Positions 16,044-20,022 of a DNA stretch of 20,022 nt are shown here, one piece after another. The DNA is from Myxococcota bacterium (GTDB taxonomy: Bacteria > Myxococcota > SpSt-1050). Location of the stretch: positions 1-20,022 of the forward strand of contig JBMFOP010000059.1 of assembly GCA_049969675.1 (NCBI GenBank). Reading direction: 5' to 3'. The stretch's first letter is position 1; every line of letters starts with the position of its first letter. The notes beneath the pieces were generated by a model. It had not been told where the DNA came from. It worked only from the letters and a program-made list of their open reading frames with translations, and did no database searches. The position numbers and the translations under genes are program-made.

Positions 16044-16760
16044 TTACCCTCTAATCCTCAATGCATAAAACAACTTTATCAAATTCTTTAATACATTGGG
16101 GACCCTCTTAAACAGGTTTATGGAAGGCCTCCTCTTCTCCTTAACATCCAGCGGTATCTCTTTAATCTTAACATTCTCACGTTCAGCCCTTATAACGAAT
16201 TCACTTGCAAATAGGTCCTTTGTAACAAGACATCTATTTACTATAGGGAGCAATCTCTCTCTCTTAAATGACTTTAAGCCATGGGTATCTGAGCCCTTAA
16301 AGCCGAGTAATATTCTCAGGAGGAAGTTGATAATTATTGTTGCGATATGTCTGAGCAGTGGTCTCTCATCCTTAGCCCCACTTAGAAGTTTGGAACCTAT
16401 TACCAGCTCTGCCTCTCCGCCTGATATTAACTCTATTGAACTTTTATAAAAATCATATATCCCGAGGTCAATCTCATCACATATAACAATCTCGCCCTGT
16501 GCGGCTAAAATCCCTTTCTTAAGCGCAGCCCCGTAATCTGGTTTGTCAGAGGTTATATACTTTACCTCTCTATATTTTGTGGATATCTGCGAAAGCAGTT
16601 CCCTCGTCCTGTCGGTTGAACCGTTTTCGGAGATAATAATCTCAAAGCCTCTACCAAATCCCCGCATCATCTTATACAGCTCGTCAATAGATTCACAGAT
16701 TATGCTCTCCTCGTTATATACCGGGATAACTACTGAAATCTCTACCTTCTCCTTTTCCAT
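16044..16760 (-). CDS. Glycosyltransferase family 2, polyprenol-phosphate glycosyltransferase (DPM1-like)
   Basis: ISVVIPVYNEE, ENGSTDRT, YGAALKKG, DEID, VIGSK, SDTHGLKSF, IKEIPL. Confidence 0.88.
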   Translation of the reverse strand: MEKEKVEISVVIPVYNEESIICESIDELYKMMRGFGRGFEIIISENGSTDRTRELLSQISTKYREVKYITSDKPDYGAALKKGILAAQGEIVICDEIDLGIYDFYKSSIELISGGEAELVIGSKLLSGAKDERPLLRHIATIIINFLLRILLGFKGSDTHGLKSFKRERLLPIVNRCLVTKDLFASEFVIRAERENVKIKEIPLDVKEKRRPSINLFKRVPNVLKNLIKLFYALRIRG

Positions 16761-16775
16761 ATAAACATATCCCTC

Positions 16776-16804
16776 ATTCTAATATAATTAATTCATATCT
16801 ACAA
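16776..16804 (-). promoter_or_regulatory. Putative internal sigma70 promoter for the GT2 gene
   Basis: Minus strand TTGTAG-N17-TAGAAT in the folE2-GT2 gap. Confidence 0.3.
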
Positions 16805-16832
16805 GTAAAAATAATAAAACTAAACACCATAT

Positions 16833-17615
16833 TTATTTCTTCCTTTTTATAATACTGGCAAATGCATTGTGATTATGAATGGACTCCATACTCTCAGCCC
16901 TCACCATAAACCACAGAATATTCTTATCTTTATTCAGTCTCTCTGCAAGCCTTCTAACTACATCTTCAACAAAGACTGGATTTTTATATGCCTTCTCTGT
17001 AACATACTTCTCATCTACCCGTTTAAGGAGACTATATATTTCACAACTACCCGCAGACTCAGCCATCTCTATAAGATCTTCTATCCAGATAAATTTTCTA
17101 TATCTAACTGCAATTGAGACGAATGTCCTCTGATTATGTGCACCAAAACGGGATATCTCCTTTGAACAGGGACATAGTGTAGTAACCGGCACATCTACCT
17201 GAACTACCACATCATCCTTTATCTTTTTAAGATAATATAGCCTGCAGGTATATTCCATAAGGGATGGGACTTTTGATACCGGTGCATATTTCATAATGAA
17301 GTAAGGGAAGGTTACATATATCCTGACATTCTTCGCATCAAATCGCTTTCTGATATTATCAGCGAGTCTTCCTATATTTTTCGTGGAGAGCCCCTCTTTG
17401 AAGTTGTTTATCTCTTCAATGAAGCGACTCATATGGGTCCCTTTCATATAATGTCTGAGGTCTACAGTGATGTGAAATTCGGCTATTGTATGCTGTGTCC
17501 CATTTAATCTATCCAGCACCATTATTGGGAGTCTGATACCGCTGATACCGACCTGATCTATTGAAATCCTTCTATTGTCTACACTATTTTGTATATCCGG
17601 TAATGAATCAAACAT
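16833..17615 (-). CDS. folE2: GTP cyclohydrolase IB (start moved to ATG 17615)
   Basis: PDIQ, IDQVGI, KGTHMSRF, TLCPCSKEIS, GAHNQR, LLKRVDEKYVTE, FVEDVVR, ESIHNHNAFA. SD GAGGA upstream of 17615 avoids overlap with the amidase gene. Confidence 0.95.
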   Translation of the reverse strand: MFDSLPDIQNSVDNRRISIDQVGISGIRLPIMVLDRLNGTQHTIAEFHITVDLRHYMKGTHMSRFIEEINNFKEGLSTKNIGRLADNIRKRFDAKNVRIYVTFPYFIMKYAPVSKVPSLMEYTCRLYYLKKIKDDVVVQVDVPVTTLCPCSKEISRFGAHNQRTFVSIAVRYRKFIWIEDLIEMAESAGSCEIYSLLKRVDEKYVTEKAYKNPVFVEDVVRRLAERLNKDKNILWFMVRAESMESIHNHNAFASIIKRKK

Positions 17616-17628
17616 AAGTAGCGATCCT

Positions 17629-19455
17629 CTATTCATTAAGGACATTAATATATTTTACTATCCCTTCGTAAATCCCCTCTGCAATCAACCTCTTATACTC
17701 CTTTGACCTCAATCTCTTCTCTTCTGTTGGGTTTGAGATAAATGATGTCTCTACCAGAATACTTGGAATCTCGGTACCGAAGAGGACATAAAAGAGGGCA
17801 TATTTGACACCCCTGTCCTTTACATCTGGATATTTCCTCCTCAACTTTGACACAATTCCATCCTGAACATATTGTGCGAGCCGCATAGACTCATCCACAT
17901 TGGCAGAGATGGCGAGGTCCAGAAGTGTCATCTTGAGGTCACTGATACTCTTATCTGAATTTATATTTTCCAGCATCGCTACCTTCTGTGCAGCCCTGTC
18001 ATCAGTATTGTTCAGGTAATAGACCTCCACACCTGAAAATTTTTTATTTTTATTGGCGTTGGCGTGAATGGATATAAAGATGTCTGCCTTCTTCTCCCTT
18101 GCAAATGCCGCCCTTTCAGAGAGTTTGATATAGGTATCTGTATCTCTTGTAAGTATCACTTCAAGGTCTGTATTCTTCTTTATTATCTTTGCAAGTTCAA
18201 GTGAGATGTCCAGCACCACATCTTTCTCCTTGAGCCCTCCTTTACCGACTGCCCCCTGATCCTCTCCACCATGCCCCGGGTCAATAACTATTCTCTTCAC
18301 CTTTAAACCAAGCTGCTTGGAAAGCGGGATAGAATCTATCTTCTTCTCCATTGTATTCTTCTTGAGATTGTTCTTAATAGATTCCACAATCTTATTATTT
18401 ATCTCATCTACATCTCTCTCCTCTCTCTTTTGAACCTCACCTGCATCCTGAATCCCTTTTTCAACAACCTCTGCCCTCCTCTCTACTTCCTTCTGCATCT
18501 CAACAGGCACAACATTCTCTATATCACCGAAGTGCATAACGATTCTATCTGGATTCTCCGCAGCATAAATTAGATATGTCTGAATACTTAGTAGGTCAAA
18601 GACGATTCTCACAGTGCCATCGGCAAACTGCCCTATTCTCACCGCCTTTAAAAACCCTTTTTCTATTGAATATAGTTTGTTGACCTTCTCTGAGAGTCTC
18701 GTATCAATAAGGTCTATATAGATCCTCGGTGGCTTTCCAGCCTTTTGATCCTCTGGTAACTCTTTATATACATACCTTACAGATGAAGATGTAAATAATT
18801 CGCAGACAGCACCTTTCTCTCCCATCTTCAATTTTACATCATTCAGTACTGAGAGAACTTTTTGAGAGGGCTTAATACCTTCTTTGCGAGCCTCGGTCTC
18901 TGTCTTCTCCTCTTCCTCTTTTGAAACTTTTGGCTCCTCGCTGTCGGCCCCACTCTTATCGGAGTCTGGTACAGAATTCAGTATTGTAATGGCTTTATCA
19001 TAATAATCCCCTTTGGGATATTTCTCTCTAATCAACTTAAAATATTTTATTGCTGTATCTGTATCATTCTCCACCTCAAGATACAACTTCCCGGTATAAT
19101 ATAGTGCATCATCTGATAGACTTGAATCTGGAAATTCTGTATATACCTTTTTGTAATACTCAACAGCCGAATCAAAATCATAGGGCGATAGAGTAATCTT
19201 CCTCAAATCACGAAATAATTCGCCCAGAATGAAATATATTTTGACCTTTAACCGGGGTTCTGCCTTCTCTGATAATTTTATCAACTCCTTGGAGATTTTT
19301 GACCAATATATCCTATATTGTCTCTTCTTCTTATCCAGTCTGAGTTCATAATATTTGTTTTTTAATTCTGTATATCTATCCTCATAATTATCTGCATAAA
19401 GATTTCCAGAAGAGAAAATTACAAATATCAATGATGTATAAATTACTCTACTCAT
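17629..19455 (-). CDS. N-acetylmuramoyl-L-alanine amidase (AmiC-like: signal peptide, TPR, AMIN, Amidase_3); start moved to ATG 19455
   Basis: Zinc motifs IDPGHGGED, EKD, SIHAN and LVE. AMIN-like PPRIYIDL...VRIGQF..TVRIVFDL...NPDRIV. TPRs YYKKVYTEFPDSSLSDDALYY. The signal peptide begins MSRVIYTSLIFVIFSSGNLYA. Confidence 0.92.
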   Translation of the reverse strand: MSRVIYTSLIFVIFSSGNLYADNYEDRYTELKNKYYELRLDKKKRQYRIYWSKISKELIKLSEKAEPRLKVKIYFILGELFRDLRKITLSPYDFDSAVEYYKKVYTEFPDSSLSDDALYYTGKLYLEVENDTDTAIKYFKLIREKYPKGDYYDKAITILNSVPDSDKSGADSEEPKVSKEEEEKTETEARKEGIKPSQKVLSVLNDVKLKMGEKGAVCELFTSSSVRYVYKELPEDQKAGKPPRIYIDLIDTRLSEKVNKLYSIEKGFLKAVRIGQFADGTVRIVFDLLSIQTYLIYAAENPDRIVMHFGDIENVVPVEMQKEVERRAEVVEKGIQDAGEVQKREERDVDEINNKIVESIKNNLKKNTMEKKIDSIPLSKQLGLKVKRIVIDPGHGGEDQGAVGKGGLKEKDVVLDISLELAKIIKKNTDLEVILTRDTDTYIKLSERAAFAREKKADIFISIHANANKNKKFSGVEVYYLNNTDDRAAQKVAMLENINSDKSISDLKMTLLDLAISANVDESMRLAQYVQDGIVSKLRRKYPDVKDRGVKYALFYVLFGTEIPSILVETSFISNPTEEKRLRSKEYKRLIAEGIYEGIVKYINVLNE

Positions 19456-19469
19456 AAAAAGCCGCGGAT

Positions 19470-19497
19470 ATAATATAATAATAATTCTTAAAGTCAA
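19470..19497 (-). promoter_or_regulatory. Putative sigma70 promoter of the amidase-folE2 unit
   Basis: Minus strand TTGACT-N16-TATTAT. The TTG used as start in the ORF track is this -35 box. Confidence 0.45.
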
Positions 19498-19567
19498 AAA
19501 AAAGATTAACAGTAATCACCACTGTCCACAATAATCCGATTTAATAAGTTAACTCTTAATCAACACG

Positions 19568-19716
19568 GGTAAGACCCCAAAATGTTTGTAGAATTTTGTT
19601 CGCCAACTAATAGCTTTTTACACCAATTAAAGAGTATCTTGTTTCACCAATAATATGTTTGCTTATTCCAATTAAAAATTTGTTTACTCCAATCATAGAT
19701 TTATCCAAAGATACTG
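19568..19716 (+). repeat. Dispersed ~150-bp repeat, copy 2
   Basis: Direct repeat of 15395-15544, offset 4173 nt. CCAA units at 19603, 19623, 19647, 19668 and 19689. Confidence 0.9.
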
Positions 19717-19720
19717 CACA

Positions 19721-20022
19721 AATGAGGCTATTCAACTGCTGGAACAGGGAGAGCGAAATTATCGGCAGGGTTTTTATCAGGAGGCTATGGAAAGATTTAA
19801 TAAAGCCCTTGAACACGACAATACTCTCTATCCAGTATATAAGAATATGGCATTCCTATCAATCCATCTCGGAAGATATGAAGAGGCGGAACAGTATTTC
19901 TTAAAGGCAAAGGCATTTGCATCAGATGATAAAGAGGCATATCATAATCTGCTTCTTGATATTGCGAGATACTATTTATCAAGAGATGAATTTGAAAAGT
20001 CTATTAAATACTATCAGGAGGC
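19721..20022 (+). CDS. TPR-repeat protein, partial (runs off right edge; 5' end apparently truncated, possible pseudogene)
   Basis: Not in the ORF track. Manual translation: NEAIQLLEQGERNYRQGFYQEAMERFNKALEHDNTLYPVYKNMAFLSIHLGRYEEAEQYFLKAKAFASDDKEAYHNLLLDIARYYLSRDEFEKSIKYYQE, about three TPR units. In-frame stop at 19673. First in-frame ATG at 19787. Confidence 0.75.

Noticed and set aside
19603..19710. Periodic CCAA units as a CRISPR array
   Set aside because: The constant part is only 3-5 nt and the period is about 21 nt, far too short. No cas genes are present.
15395..19716. The two repeat copies as a DGR template/variable repeat pair
   Set aside because: Mismatches are not confined to adenines of one copy on either strand, there is an indel, and no reverse transcriptase is in the window.
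19659..19982. ORF-track ORFs 19659..19904 (+) and 19797..19982 (-) as real genes
   Set aside because: They overlap the TPR-encoding frame, which has far more protein-like sequence.

Overview
AT-rich bacterial chromosomal window whose gene content looks Myxococcota/deltaproteobacterial (inference from gene families, not a database result). It is mostly housekeeping and envelope genes. Left to right: (i) a 5' fragment of a HARP-like-domain gene, probably a tyrosine recombinase/integrase, running off the left edge, then about 770 bp of poorly coding DNA with a GTAG-type REP palindrome; (ii) a four-gene minus-strand operon: two paralogous proteins with a degenerate nucleotidyltransferase-like domain plus a left-handed beta-helix, a PorV/FadL-like outer-membrane barrel, and a DUF3047 protein; (iii) a PAS-PAS-HisKA-HATPase-REC hybrid kinase that probably starts at ATT/ATA; (iv) a minus-strand cluster: lipid A acyltransferase, asd, a 594-aa FN3/CFI-box/beta-barrel fusion, truA, a membrane protein and plsC; (v) a HEAT-repeat lipoprotein, then panD preceded by a bulged-A hairpin matching the pan RNA motif; (vi) amidase, folE2, GT2 and PilZ genes, bracketed by two copies of a ~150-bp repeat with internal 21-nt periodicity; (vii) a TPR reading frame that begins directly at the end of the second repeat copy. 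The most notable items are the apparent polyprotein with an internal sorting signal plus an internal signal peptide, the paired pseudo-nucleotidyltransferase/LbH operon, the periodic dispersed repeat, and the pan-like RNA. No tRNA, rRNA or CRISPR array was seen.
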